Positions 50,948 to 63,540 of a stretch of DNA of 64,000 bases are shown here, piece after piece. Where the stretch lies: positions 103,788,001 through 103,852,000 of the forward strand of contig NC_043003.1 of assembly GCF_006345805.1 (NCBI RefSeq), read 5' to 3'. The translations under genes and the position numbers were made by a program. The notes under the pieces were generated by a model. It searched no databases. It worked only from the letters and a program-made list of their open reading frames with translations, and had not been told where the DNA came from. How positions within the stretch are numbered: the stretch's first letter is position 1; each line of letters starts with the position of its first letter. This stretch comes from Octopus sinensis (taxonomy: Eukaryota).

Positions 50948-51229
50948 GGTACTACTAGCGAACAGTGGTCCCGGTGCGCGCTAGCTAGTCGTGACTAGTC
51001 GATCCTTACTTTGTGTTTTTGTGTTTTATTTACTTTGTTTAAAAAATTATTTACTTTGTGTTTTTGTGTTTTATTTACTTTGTCTAAAAAAATTATTTAC
51101 TTTGTGTAAAAAAAATTATTTTGTGTTTTATTTACTTTGCTAGGTAGTCGTTGTAGGATCGACTAGTCACGACTAGCTTGCGCGACTACGCGTGTGCGCG
51201 CACCGGGACCACTGTTCGCCTGTAGTACC
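50948..51229. mobile_element. CpG-rich fold-back MITE with 9-bp TSD (Mutator-like), inserted in a family-B SINE
   Basis: TSD CAATAAAGT at 50939-50947 and 51230-51238; TIRs begin GGTACTAC / end GTAGTACC; T-rich tandem-repeat interior. Confidence 0.85.
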
Positions 51230-53828
51230 CAATAAAGTAAAGTACCAGTCGAGTAAGGGAGTCGATATAATCGCCAATACTCCCCCCCCCCCAAATCTCG
51301 TACTTCTTGTTAAAAAACAATATTACATCTAAGGCTATTTCCGGTGCTCTGCTTTATTAGTTCCCTTTAATCGTTGTCGAGTACTTTTGAGTCATCATTA
51401 TCCATAAAATAGTAATATATTACGAAATATGCATATCCTTGTAGGTACTCGATGTAAATATTGGGGGGAAATATCCAGAAGTAGAACAAATCTAATAACT
51501 GACCATGTAAGTTGAATCTTCTTTTCTTTAACTATCAATATTAAACTAGTTATAACTATAATGGTAGTTTCTAATTACTTTAAAATAGCTTAGTGCCCGT
51601 AATATGCTTAACTAGAGTAAGTTATTGATCCACGAAGCGCTGGGATTTGCACTTACATAGCATGACTACTGAGCACGGTTTATGAAAATGTGACCATCAT
51701 GCATACATAAAATAAAAAGTTAAAATATCTTCTTGGTATATAATAGTGGCAATATCATCTGAAAAGTCATTAGTTGAGCAATTAGTCCTCTTGCATTCTG
51801 TGGGGTATCGGAGCGTTTGAGCGACATTAGACCCTAATAAACGCAACAAATTAAATGCATCTATCTGGGCTACAATCGTGACCCATCGATCTGTGCCTGG
51901 CGGCCACGATCGTGGCCCGTCGCGCTTTATATGTTAACTGGTTTACAAATTACAAAATAATATTAGCTACTGACAGATATTTTTTATCTTCTTCGCTGCA
52001 TCATTATTTTGACGAAGGTAAAGAATACGCACCCTAGGCGTTTAAGGGTTAGGGTTACGCCGAAAAAAAGGGTGGTGTGCGTATTCTTTATCTCAGCCAT
52101 TATTTTCCCTTTAATACTTAAATAGCTCAGTGGTACACAATGGATATATACACCTAATAGGCATTTTGTGACGTTCGTTCGTTATACGGCGCACAGTTGT
52201 GAAAAATTCCTTCAAATGGGACGGAAACTACTGATTTCAGAAAAGCGAATATTTTTTTAATGAAATTTTCTACAAATACCTTTCACATAGTATAGATTCC
52301 TGCACAATCTGAAAAATATTTGTGTTAAATTTCACTAATAAAATATCAAGGGGGTGTCATTCTATATTTATGTGCATGTATGTATATTATGCATACGCAC
52401 ATAAACACACACATACACAAAAATACATAACCAAGCGATTCAGCTGAAAATATTACGGTAATTGCCGAACAAATAATTTCACTTTTAATAAACTTTCTGC
52501 GGCCAAAAATAGCATAACTATACAAATAACTACTTCTCAAAAATTTTTACCCCATGCCACACTTTAATTTTACAAAAAAACAAAGTGCACCTACCATGAA
52601 CCAAGTATATATCATCATCTTTTATTTTTATTTCTGCTGAAGCTAAAAGCAAGTTTCTCTAAAATTATATTTCTGTATCATTCACTGCATTCACCTCTAT
52701 CCATCTCCTTTTGCACATTTGCAAACTTACCTACCCACTTATCCTGTCCAATCTCTTGTACTACATTTCTTTTAGTCACCCTCCTAAGACTAGGGAGTAC
52801 ACCCTGATACCTCTTCAACACCTTCTTTTATTTCAATCTTGAGTACCTATGTATCTCCTCTACAGCAAAACACCTATTCCTTGCCCTCTATCATACTTTA
52901 ACCTCTCATTATCTTGCATAAAGCTGCCTCCTTCAATGCTATATCACACTCAGTTGATGAGTCTTGTATGTTACTAGATGACTTCATTAGTGCCAGTATC
53001 TTGTAAAAAGCACCCTGTACCCTCTGTAAAGTGGTTAGTATTAGGAAGGGCATCAAGCCATAGAAACCATGCCAGACAGTGGTACTTACTATAGTCCTCT
53101 GTATTGCCAGCTGCTGTTGAACTATCCAACCTATGCCAGCATGGAAAACATGTTAAATGGTGATGATGATGATAATGATCTTTTAACATCCTTTATCTAT
53201 TCTGGCATGCATTGGATGTTTTGACAGTGGATTGAAGGACTGGACAGCCTTTCTAATGCCAACCATTTTACAACATACTGGGTACTTTTATTATGGTACC
53301 GTCACTAGTGCAGCTATCATGTAGCTTGCAAGACTAAGCTCCCCTTTGTCTGGGTAGGGCTACAGTTGAGAGGGATGTGGCCTTATCCATGAGAGCTTAA
53401 AATATGAAGAGAAAAAATCAAAACAAAACAGGATTCTTTCTTTTGAAGAAGTACATGGCTACTTGCATAGAAAAGTGAACAGGAAGTTTTAATCAAAAGT
53501 TTATTGTAAGATTTATTAATTTTTACTTGGACCCCATTCTGAAGTCCCACATTCCACCAAAATATTGCCATGCTCCACCTTGAGGAACAGGTCTTAAAAC
53601 AAATTTAAATACTTTCTCACTAGTCACCCACAGTCTACCTCTTCTGTTTGTTGTAAAACTTCAAAGCTTAGTTTGTAGAATCTTCTTGTAGTAAGGATTC
53701 TCTGGTGTTCCATAGTGAAATCATGTCAAGTGGGAGAAGGGAGTAAGGCTTTGTTAAATAGATTTAATTTTTGTAAGAATGGAGTTTCTAATTTTGTTGT
53801 ACTCCCAATTTCTGACTATTATTTGTGC

Positions 53829-53847
53829 TTGTTTATTTCCACTTCAG
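53829..53847 (+). promoter_or_regulatory. Strong 3' splice acceptor 170 nt upstream of the torsin ATG
   Basis: ttgtttatttccacttcag; no ATG seen in 53848-54017. Confidence 0.55.
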
Positions 53848-54017
53848 AGTAATTGGTGTATATCTCCTTTGAACTAGCCAAGCAGTTGCTGTGATCATTT
53901 GAAAACCATACCATTTTGGACCGTCTTGAGGAAGTAGTCCTAATTGTTTTGACTTTAAGTTTGGGAGATTTTCAGTTTCTCCCTTCATCATAAAATCTCT
54001 TGACCAGATAATCAGCA

Positions 54018-54953
54018 ATGTGGTTTGTTTCTTTCTTAATTTTCCACTTCTTATTGCAACAGGGTGTATGCATCAACCCATTGTGTTATATAATAGACTG
54101 CTGTGACCAGGACATTATTTTGGATTCACAACAGTTAAGAGACGATCTGAAAAGTATGCTTCATGGTCAACATTTAGCATGGGGGACAATTGCTAATCAT
54201 ATAATTTCCCACTTTTCACAGCAGACACCCAGGAAAGCTTTAGTACTGTCATTTCATGGAGAGACTGGGACAGGTAAAAATTATGCAAGTGAAATCATAA
54301 TTAAAAATGTGTTCCGTTATGGAATAAAAAGTGATTTTGTGCATGTTTATCATGCTGCAGTTCATTTCCCACATGAGTCCATGTCTCACATTTACATTGA
54401 AAAGTTAAAGCATGAAATTAAAAATGCTGTTTATCTCTGTCCAAGGGCTGTTTTTATTTTTGATGAGTTTCATTTAATGCCACCAAAGGTTATTGACATT
54501 CTCCAAGTCTACTTAGATTTCCATGCTGAAGTGGATGGCATCGACTTCCGTAAAGCTGTATTTATATTTATATCTAACCTTGCTTCAGAGAACATAAGAA
54601 ACTTCACTATAAGCCAATATAAGAAAGGTATTGATCGACATGATATCAAATTGCGAGACTTAGAATTCAGTATTGCACATGCTTCACTCACTCAAAAGGG
54701 TGGTTTTTATGGTAGTGATCTAATTAAAAGTCATCTTGTGACTGCCTATATTCCATTTCTACCCTTACAGCGCACACATGTAAAACAATGCATCAATGAT
54801 GAAATGAAACGACGTAATCCTCACAAGATCTACAATGAAGAATTTATCAACAAAGTATTAATCGAATTACATTTTGTAAACAGTTTTTCAGAGACTGGCT
54901 GTAAACGTGTTTTTGAAAAAGTGGCTTTTGCTCTCATTAATGACGATCTCTGA
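54018..54953 (+). CDS. TOR1A-like: Torsin-family ER AAA+ ATPase, 311 aa, CDS without introns
   Basis: Signal peptide, CYIIDCC, LHGQHLA, Walker A GETGTGKN, Walker B FIFDE, sensor-1 ISN, IPFLPL, torsin-specific GCK. Uninterrupted ORF. Exact paralog not resolved. Confidence 0.95.
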   Translation: MWFVSFLIFHFLLQQGVCINPLCYIIDCCDQDIILDSQQLRDDLKSMLHGQHLAWGTIANHIISHFSQQTPRKALVLSFHGETGTGKNYASEIIIKNVFRYGIKSDFVHVYHAAVHFPHESMSHIYIEKLKHEIKNAVYLCPRAVFIFDEFHLMPPKVIDILQVYLDFHAEVDGIDFRKAVFIFISNLASENIRNFTISQYKKGIDRHDIKLRDLEFSIAHASLTQKGGFYGSDLIKSHLVTAYIPFLPLQRTHVKQCINDEMKRRNPHKIYNEEFINKVLIELHFVNSFSETGCKRVFEKVAFALINDDL

Positions 54954-55099
54954 CCTTGATGGCTATTGCTCTAGTCTCTATTTTTACCACTGAAGACATA
55001 GAAGATTATTTTACTGTTATCCTCGGCTTGTGTTCCAAAGTAAGCATCTCTCAACTGAATTCACTTCATTGGAAAATCGATTTCACCTTTGTTATTTGT

Positions 55100-55105
55100 A
55101 TTAAA
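55100..55105 (+). terminator. Candidate torsin poly(A) signal ATTAAA
   Basis: ATTAAA about 150 nt after the stop, followed by T/GT-rich sequence. Confidence 0.4.
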
Positions 55106-55167
55106 GTACTTTTTTTTAAAAGGTGTTGTGTTTTGCATCTTCTTTGACTTTTGTTCACCTGTATATA

Positions 55168-56021
55168 CACAAGGTTTAGTCAAAAAGTATCTGACCTTTG
55201 GTGAAAAAACAAGTAATATTAAAAGAACTCACCATTTTGATTTAGTTTCCTTCGAAGTATTTGCCTTGGGAGTCTACACACTTCTGCTAGCATTCCTGCC
55301 ACTGCTGGAAACATTTCTGGAAATTACTTTTTGGGATGCTGTAGAGCTGTGCCATCAAATTTTGCGTAATGTTCTCTGTTGACTCAAATCTTCTTTCTCT
55401 GAGAGATTTTTTGAGTTTTGGGATTAACCAAAAGTCACATGGAGTAGGAGGCCCGACGAACAAGTGGTGTGTTTTGCTTGAGGAGGAACACTTAGATGAT
55501 GTGGGCAGAATGAGTGGGTGTGTTGTCATGGTGAAGTTGCCAGTTCTTTGCTGCCCACAGGTCAGCTTGTTTTCATAGATGGTCTTCATAGACTATTCCT
55601 TGAACCTTTGCAATCATTTCATCGTTTCAGCTAGTTGATGGTCTGCCACAACGTGGCTCACTGTCCACTGAGGTTTAGCCGTCTTTGAACCAGTTGCACC
55701 ACTCCTTTATTTGTGTTTTTCCCATAGCATCATCTCCAAAGACCTTCTGAATCTTCTCGATAGTCTGGGCTTGCATTTTTGGCAAAATTTGATACCCAAT
55801 GTGCTCGGTCATCTTGACTTAAAAAGAAAAGTCACACAGCACACGCTTCACGTCTGTACTCAATGTGTCACTGTGGGCAAATGTCATAACCTACAGACAC
55901 AAACATTTTTGCATATGCTCTGGTAGGACGTGGCCATCTAATACCCATGCAGATTTTGCCCGCACATTATTATTTTGTGCAAAAAAAATCAAGGTCGGAT
56001 ACTTTTTGACTACACCTCGTG
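55168..56021 (-). mobile_element. Internally deleted, degenerate mariner element with both TIRs
   Basis: TIRs cacaaggtttagtcaaaaagtatctgacc / ggtcggatactttttgactacacctcgtg; TA on the left; PCDFWLIPKLK..RRFES..FQKCFQQW. Confidence 0.85.
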
Positions 56022-59000
56022 TGTGTGTATGTATATATATAATTATTTTTTAAGGATACATTTATCTTCTGCAAGAATGTTTAAACAATTTCCAATCTTT
56101 TCTAAAGGCATAAGACCTGAAATTATGGTGGAGGATATTAGTCGATCATATCGACCCCAGTATTTTACTGGTTCTTAGTTTATCAACCTCGAAAGGATAA
56201 AAGGCAAAGTTGACCTTGGCGGAATTTAAATTCAGAACGTAAAGACGAACAAAATGTCACTAAGCATTTTGTTTGGCATGCTAACGATTCTGCCCTAATA
56301 ATAATAATAATTGTAATCCTTTTTCCTATAGGTGCAAGGCCTAAAATTTTGGTGGAGGGATTAAGTCAATTACATCAGCCTCAGTCTATAAATGGTACTT
56401 AATTCATTGACCCCAAAAGAATGAAAGGCGAAGTCAACCTCAGCAAAATTTGAACTCAGGACGTAAGGACAGAGGAAATGCTGCTAAGCATTTTACCCAG
56501 CGTGCTATCAATTCTGCCAGCTTGCCGCCCTAATAATATAAATAATAATAATAATAGTAAATTACAGCTGAGTGTGTTTGATCACACCAAGGGCAACATG
56601 ACTATACCTAGCAATGTTTTATGTCATTGTGGACTAACACGCTTGTGACTAATCCTGTTTGGTGTATTGATTAGGTTATAAGTTAACTTGTGATTCATAA
56701 CTTGATTATACATTTTATGAGGGAGATTTCTGTTGATATTGTCTCAAACTGCACAGCACACATAATTGTGAATCTTGGGCTTCTGATTTAGATAACCACA
56801 TCATTATCATCTTTCTAGCTACTCCTACCACCCTTATATATTGTGAGATAGCTATATATCTTCTCTATAGCAAGACCTCTATCACACTTTAGTGTCTCAA
56901 TTTCTAGTGGTAATCTACCTCCTCTCTACTGGACCCCTACTTTGTTGAGGGGTCTTCTTTGTCTTGTGAGTTACTTAGTGGCATCACTACTGCCAGTGTC
57001 ATATGAAAAGGATTGGTTTTTAAGCAAAGTTATCCAGCCATAGAGACCCTGCTAAAGCAGACATTGGAACTCTGCACAGTCCCCTGGTTTGTTGGTTCCT
57101 GTCAAATTATCCATGTCAACATGGAAGATGGACATTAAATGATTATGGTGAGGAAACTTTTGATGGTGCATAAATATATCTCATGTCAAAACCAAAAATT
57201 AATCTCACTCATATTTGACCATTGTAATCTGGAAAGAGTCACAGAATGAGGTTAATGTCTCCAGCCTGATATATTTAAGACATCAGGTTAGAAACATACC
57301 TTTACCTTCTTTTCACAACCAGAAATTTCCACATTTTTTCTTTCTTATTTCTAATGTTTTTATCAAATTGCGTATCTCTGAATTCTAGTGATTATCATTT
57401 AATTACTTATTGTTACCCACCAGTCTGTCTGTCCTCACTTTACTGGGTAAACATACACTTTTAATTTAATTTTTTTCTTCAGCTCTTATTAAAGGCCTCT
57501 TAAAACAATGAAAAGCTGTAATGTTCTGTATGTGTATATAAATATATTTCTCTGTATAATAGCCAGTATGTTGGCTGGTTGGTTTATTTCTTCAGTCTCA
57601 CTCTACTTTGTATAGAGAGTAAAAGAGAATTAATGTACGTGGTGGAGGATGAGTGAAAAGCCATAAGTAAAGGGATACTCTACACATACTCAGTAAGAAT
57701 CAGAGAAACTGAAGAGGAAATTAAGAACAGAGTATTTATGTGAGGTGTTCAAATTTTACAGAGATAAGTTTTTGCTGGAGTAGATTGTGATTATGTTGAC
57801 AAAATATAGAAAAATATATATTTATTTTAAATATACAAATGAAAAATTTATTTTATTTCATTTTGTTTTCAGGTAACAAATATTTTTCTTTTGAAAATTA
57901 GTATTCATTTAATTATTTTGTATAATTGCCTAAGAAATTTGATATCAATTAAATTTCATTTATTATATTTATGCTATATTTCCTGATATTACCCATAGTG
58001 GTAAAAGTATACTTCTAAAGATATATCATTCAGAATTGCGTATAAAGCTATATATATAATTTCTAGAAGAAGGTTCCTGACAGACCTTCAGTTCTTTCTC
58101 TCTTCATCTAGCAGATAGTACATTTCATACAAATTCTACATCCTGATATCTATCAGGTTTGTGGCATTTGTTACATTAGACCATGCCAGTGCCACCCTGA
58201 CTGGCTTCTGTGCCGGTGGCACGTAAAAAGCACCATCCGATCGTGGCTGTTGCCAGCCTCGCCTGGCACGTAAAAAGCACCCACTACACTCATGGAATGG
58301 TTGGCGTTAGGAAGGGCATCCAGCCGTAGAAACATTGCCAGATTAGACTGGGCCTGGTGCAGCCTTCTGGCTTCCCAGACCCCAGTTGCACCGTCCAACC
58401 CATGCTAGCATGGAAGGCGGACGCTAAACGATGATGATGATGAGACCAATACAAGTTTCTGCACAAACCATGCCCACTATAATAATATTCACTTTACAGG
58501 TTGTTCATCAAGCCAAAATACCAGCACTAATTCCGTCACACTTTCTTCTGTAGCAAAGGAGTACAAATAGAGGATGTTGCTAGAAGTCTTCAGATATAAT
58601 TCAGCATTGTGTCTAAGGTCCCATATCATCATCTAACATCTGCATTCTATGCTGGCATACATGCATGTATTTTTATAGTTGTTTTATATGGTCATGTTAC
58701 TGTTGTGTTGTTATTTTATTATGTTAAATTACATATTATTGTATGCTGTTACCATTTAAATATATATTGTTTTCATTTGTCTACTTGAACGAATGTCTAC
58801 CTTTCAATGTATTACTAAACAGCAGCAGATTGAATTGTTAGGTGTCTGTAGCTACTGACAAATAAAAAAGGAACTAGCTTGTGAAGGTATGATAAAGAGA
58901 TACTTCTACTGTTGTGTGATAGTAAAATATGGCTATTACCCTTTTAATACCAATCCACCTAAAAGCCTTCCATCAAAAGTTCATGTTAGCTTATTTTCCA

Positions 59001-59228
59001 AACACCATCTCATTAATGGCAAAGTTCTTACTAGATTCTTCGTTATTTTCAAAATCAAATTAAACAAAATTTGTGTATTTCATTAGTAATATGGTAACGA
59101 AAGAGTTAAATGTGAAAGATTGGCAAAAGCCGGAGGGAAATGGGTTGGGTTATAATCCATTAGAGGTACCATGTTAACCTGCATGAAAGGCAGACAACAG
59201 GTAAGTTAAGAGGGTGATTGGGTATTAA

Positions 59229-59447
59229 CCCTTTCGTTACCAACCCAGCTGAAACCGGCTCTGGCTCTGTAGTACAAATGTCTTGTTTTCATAAGTTTTT
59301 AATTAAAATCTTCAATCAAACCTTAGTCACAATTACTGTTCCTAACACTAGATGAATGATAACGAAGTTATTTTACTACATTCTTTGTTATATTTAAAGT
59401 AATTGAGAGAAACAGAACATCTCAAAATAAATCCAGTAAGGAAAGAG
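59229..59447. mobile_element. piggyBac-type MITE; related copies 58939-59105 and about 46740-46913
   Basis: TTAA-CCCTTTCGTTACC ... GAAAGAG-TTAA. Confidence 0.75.
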
Positions 59448-61167
59448 TTAAAGACTTCAGCTGATGGATGATGCAGGAGATAGTTGTGCTGTATTGGAAA
59501 AAAATTGTGGAAGGATCAGTTGTTCAAATGTACTTTTATACAAGAAATATTGAAAACCCGAGACAAGTGGGAATATAGTGTGAAATCGACAGACATTGAT
59601 CATAAGTTCTTTTAAAGCTTATAAATACACATGACTGACCTACTTACTTTAATGAGTGAACCCTGGTAATTCTTTTAGGTGAGCAATGCTGCAGATATTG
59701 CTGGGTTTTTTTATTCCCCTCTTCAAGCTGTGACCCCACTTCAGTCTATGTTTCTCCCTTTTCTTCATGTTCGTCTGTGTACACACACCCACATCATGTT
59801 TAGAAGCACCCTTATTCACATCTATATACAGGTGTATGCACATAAACACAAAAACCACCACTAATATTAGAACATAAGCTAACTCCATGAGGAGTGACCT
59901 TAAAAGCATTGTCCAATGAGGGATATGCTAATCTTATCTCTTAAAACAGCAGAAAAACACAAATGCTACTCTTCAAGCAAACATCACATTACAGTTCTCT
60001 TAATCATGAGTCACACTCAGCTCGAGTCCTCAAACTCACTCCAGTTGTTGGGTCTATCACTAGGTCTCTCCGTGAAAGCTTATCTTTAACATATCTAGGA
60101 TTGTAACCCACTGACTGGCTGTTTTCTTCAGGACCAGAAGATACTTTAGCTCCAAACACTTGTCAGTATTTTTATGTACTCAAGGTCCATGATAGAGCAT
60201 TGCTCTCTCCTCCAAAAAATGGTGTCATTGCTACACAGTCCCTGTCAAACCATCTAACCCATGTCAGCTGGGAAAGTGGACATTAAATGATGGTGATGAA
60301 TATCATCAAACTGTTCTAATCATTATACCCAGTCCTCAGCCCTCTAGAATTCACTCCTTGCTCATAGCTTTCTTGTAGATGTTGAGTTAACAAAGGTTCA
60401 AGAAAATTTAATGGCATCAATCTCATTGGTCTAAGGGGTTTCTGCAATGGCCATGAACATCATTACTTCCATCAGACTCCAGCAAGTAAAAAAAGAAAAT
60501 GAATGCATATGCATGTATGCTTATGAGATATGGTTTCATCTATTTTGTGTTATGTACCACACTTTACCTTTCCAATGCTGAAGTTTTGATCATTCATAAA
60601 ATTGCCCTTACTCCATGCACAGCCTGTAATTTGTAACCCTTGCCTTAACACTATTTTAAACCCATTTTATTCTCATTTTCTTCATATTTTCTCTTTACTT
60701 TAATATACTATTTTTTCAACTATAACTAGGAAATTCATGTGCACACACATTTCATCAGTTACTTTCACTGTCAAAGCAAAATAGGTAAAATCAAAGATCA
60801 TTTATTACAACATTACTGCCTGACTGGCCCTCGTGCCGGTGGCACATAAAAGCACCCACTACACTCTCTAACGGAGTGGTTGGCGTTAGGAAGGGCATCC
60901 AGCTGTAGAAACATGCCAGATCAGATTGGAGTCTGGTTCGCCAGACCTCAGTCAAATCGTCCAACCCATGCTAGCATGGAAAGTGGACATTAAACGATGA
61001 TGATGATGATTATACAGATTTATTATCAAAGCTAAATCACCCATAATAGTTCCATTTTTTTAAGGAGGTCTAGGACTGATTATCTAAATGCATCCTTTCA
61101 TTCTTCTAACTTTTGTGTGTGGAAGGTGCACAGGTACAATTAACACTAAAAATGTACAGAAAATAGA

Positions 61168-61362
61168 CTGCATCAAATGCCAAAGAGGAAAACTAAAAGT
61201 AGTCGATAGCTCCCATTACCTAGGTGGCTAAGTCAGTAGTGAGGGTGGATGCTCCAACAGCATAGCTGCTAGAATAAGCATCCACCCTTACTACTGACTT
61301 AGTCACCTAGGTAATGGGAGCTATCGACTACTTTTAGTTTTCCTCTTTGGCATTTGATGCAG
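61168..61362. repeat. Fold-back inverted duplication of an RTE fragment: 86-bp arms, 23-bp spacer
   Basis: Arms 61168-61253 and 61277-61362; two mismatches seen. Confidence 0.9.
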
Positions 61363-61424
61363 GTCATGATTTCAATTCCTGGACCTGGTGGTGCATTGTG
61401 TTCTTGACCAAAACACTTCGGCCA

Positions 61425-61990
61425 TGGGATGTGTATGTCCCATTTTGTTCCACTACCTTTTGCCATCTTTGAGGCAGCTTCATGATCCCATCCTCCCAGA
61501 ACTTGGCACCTTTCTGGGTCATGAACTGATCTAAGTGTCTTTAGTCTTCCAAAGAATTGAAGTTCTTCCCATTAAGAGAATTCTTTAGGGATCAAAGTAA
61601 AGGTGCAAGGTCAGGTGAGTTCAGTGGATGTGGTAGGACATTCCATGCAAGCTGTACCAATTTTTGCTGGGTTTGCACAGATACAGGAGATTTAGAATTG
61701 TCCTGAAGGAAGATGACACCTTTCCAATTGGCCAATTCTGGACATTTTTCATTGATTACCTCTTTTAATCAGTCTAATTTGGAACAATAATTCTATACTT
61801 TGTGAGTCATGTAGATGGAAACTATATAGAAACCTGTTGATTGGATTGTACCTGTAATTCAAAAAGGTACTGGCATGTTTCCCACATGCTGTGTAGTACA
61901 GATTCGGCCTTAGAATTTCATTAAGTGCAGGCATGTCTTTGGAATAATATTTGACTGGCCAATGGAGATTTACCATATTCATCCTCTTTT
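61425..61990 (-). mobile_element. Mariner transposase C-terminal pseudogene fragment
   Basis: PELANWKGVIFLQDN..VLPHPLNSPDLAP..SLKNSLNGKNF..GIMKLPQRWQKVVEQNG. Confidence 0.85.
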
Positions 61991-62639
61991 GTTCTAGTAT
62001 AAGAAACTATTATCTTTTCTCTCTGAAAAGGAGCAGTGAAGTAGAATAATCAGAAGAACATAGATTGAAATACCTTATGGTATTAAGATACTTTCTGAGA
62101 TTAAATGCCACTGAGATCTGCTTTACTTTTCATCCTTCCAAAGTTAATAAAATGCCAGTTAAGTACTAGGATTAATGTTCCATAATGTGGTTCATGTCAT
62201 CATCTGTTCCCTTCTCTCCAAATTTTTGGCTGGATGCTTCTGTAAGAAACTACAATTATTAAGGTAGTGGCATTCATATAGAGACTTCAAGACAACAAGA
62301 AGCTCTCCATCAATCCCATCCATACTCCTGCAGAACCTTCCACAAGTCCTATGGAATGTAGTTGTTTGCTTTTTTAAGGCCTACAAAACAAGCAGGCACC
62401 TCTTGGCTATACTCTCACAACTTCTTGAAAACTTGCTGCAGTGTGGTTGGCTGTGCTGCTTCTGGGGCAAAAACCAAACTGTTTGGTCAGCTAGATTGGA
62501 TTCAAGAATATCCTTAGCATAGACGAGGCTTAACTAGAAGATTCCCTTTACTGACGAGGCTTAACTAGAAGATTCCCCTATAATTAGAGATATTCCTCTT
62601 GTTTCCCTTTTTGAAAATTTGAATTACCATTCCTGATTG

Positions 62640-63540
62640 CCACTGCTTAGATGCTTTTCCAGAGATTCTGGCCGCCTGGCACACCCAAGTCAGCCAGTGA
62701 CTACTTTCTCTATGTAAGGCCTTTAAAATCTTAGGCTGGACTCCATCCTCTCAAGGGGCCTTGCTACATTTGAACTCTTTAATTGCTTTTGTGACCTCAG
62801 TCTCTGAGAAATTTGTCATTACTACAAGATGTGCTTCATGTAAGTCAGATGTTGTGACCAGGTTTAGATCAGTAAAGTTTTCTCTCCACCTTACAAGGCT
62901 GCATGAGGAGCCCAGCAGTCATGGAAGGGGACTTCTTATTACAAAATTGGTGGATAGTCTGCCAGAATATGTTATTTGCTGATTTAAAATGAAATTCCAG
63001 CCCAAAGTCCTCCCATGTCTTCACCTTGGATCCCTTTACCATCTGTGCTGCAATTTTCATGTCTTGTACTGCAAGCGCAAAGAGGAGAACTTATTTCCAA
63101 ACCAAGCTTTGTAAGCCTTCTTTGCTCAGATGGCATCTTCAACCTCTTGAGCGAACAAGGGGTCCTCCTGCCACCCAGCACCATACTGATTTGCTTTTCC
63201 CTGCAGTATTTAACGGTTGAAGCATAAACTGCCAAACTGAACGGTCTCCACTACCTTTCAACATCCTTAGTTTCTTCAAAGAGTTCTCTGAATTTGGATG
63301 CAATTGTATCGGCATACCTGGTCCTGACTTCTTTATCAACCAGTGCTTCCCACTTTATCCTGTTGGTCAATCTAGGCCTGCCAGTTTTGTGGGTCTTCTT
63401 GGTTTTGGGCCATCTCAGGTTGCAGACAACTAGATGGTGGTCAGTTGGCAGCTCAGCTTCTCTCTTAACATGAACATCCAGCACAGAACCAGAGAGATCA
63501 AAGATGATAACAAAATCATTTACTAGTCTGTAAATACCAT
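62640..63540 (-). mobile_element. Degenerate LINE fragment (end of AP endonuclease and linker; RTE/Expander-like)
   Basis: DFVII..DL...VLDVHVKREAELPTDHHLVV motif; downstream frame broken. Confidence 0.7.
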
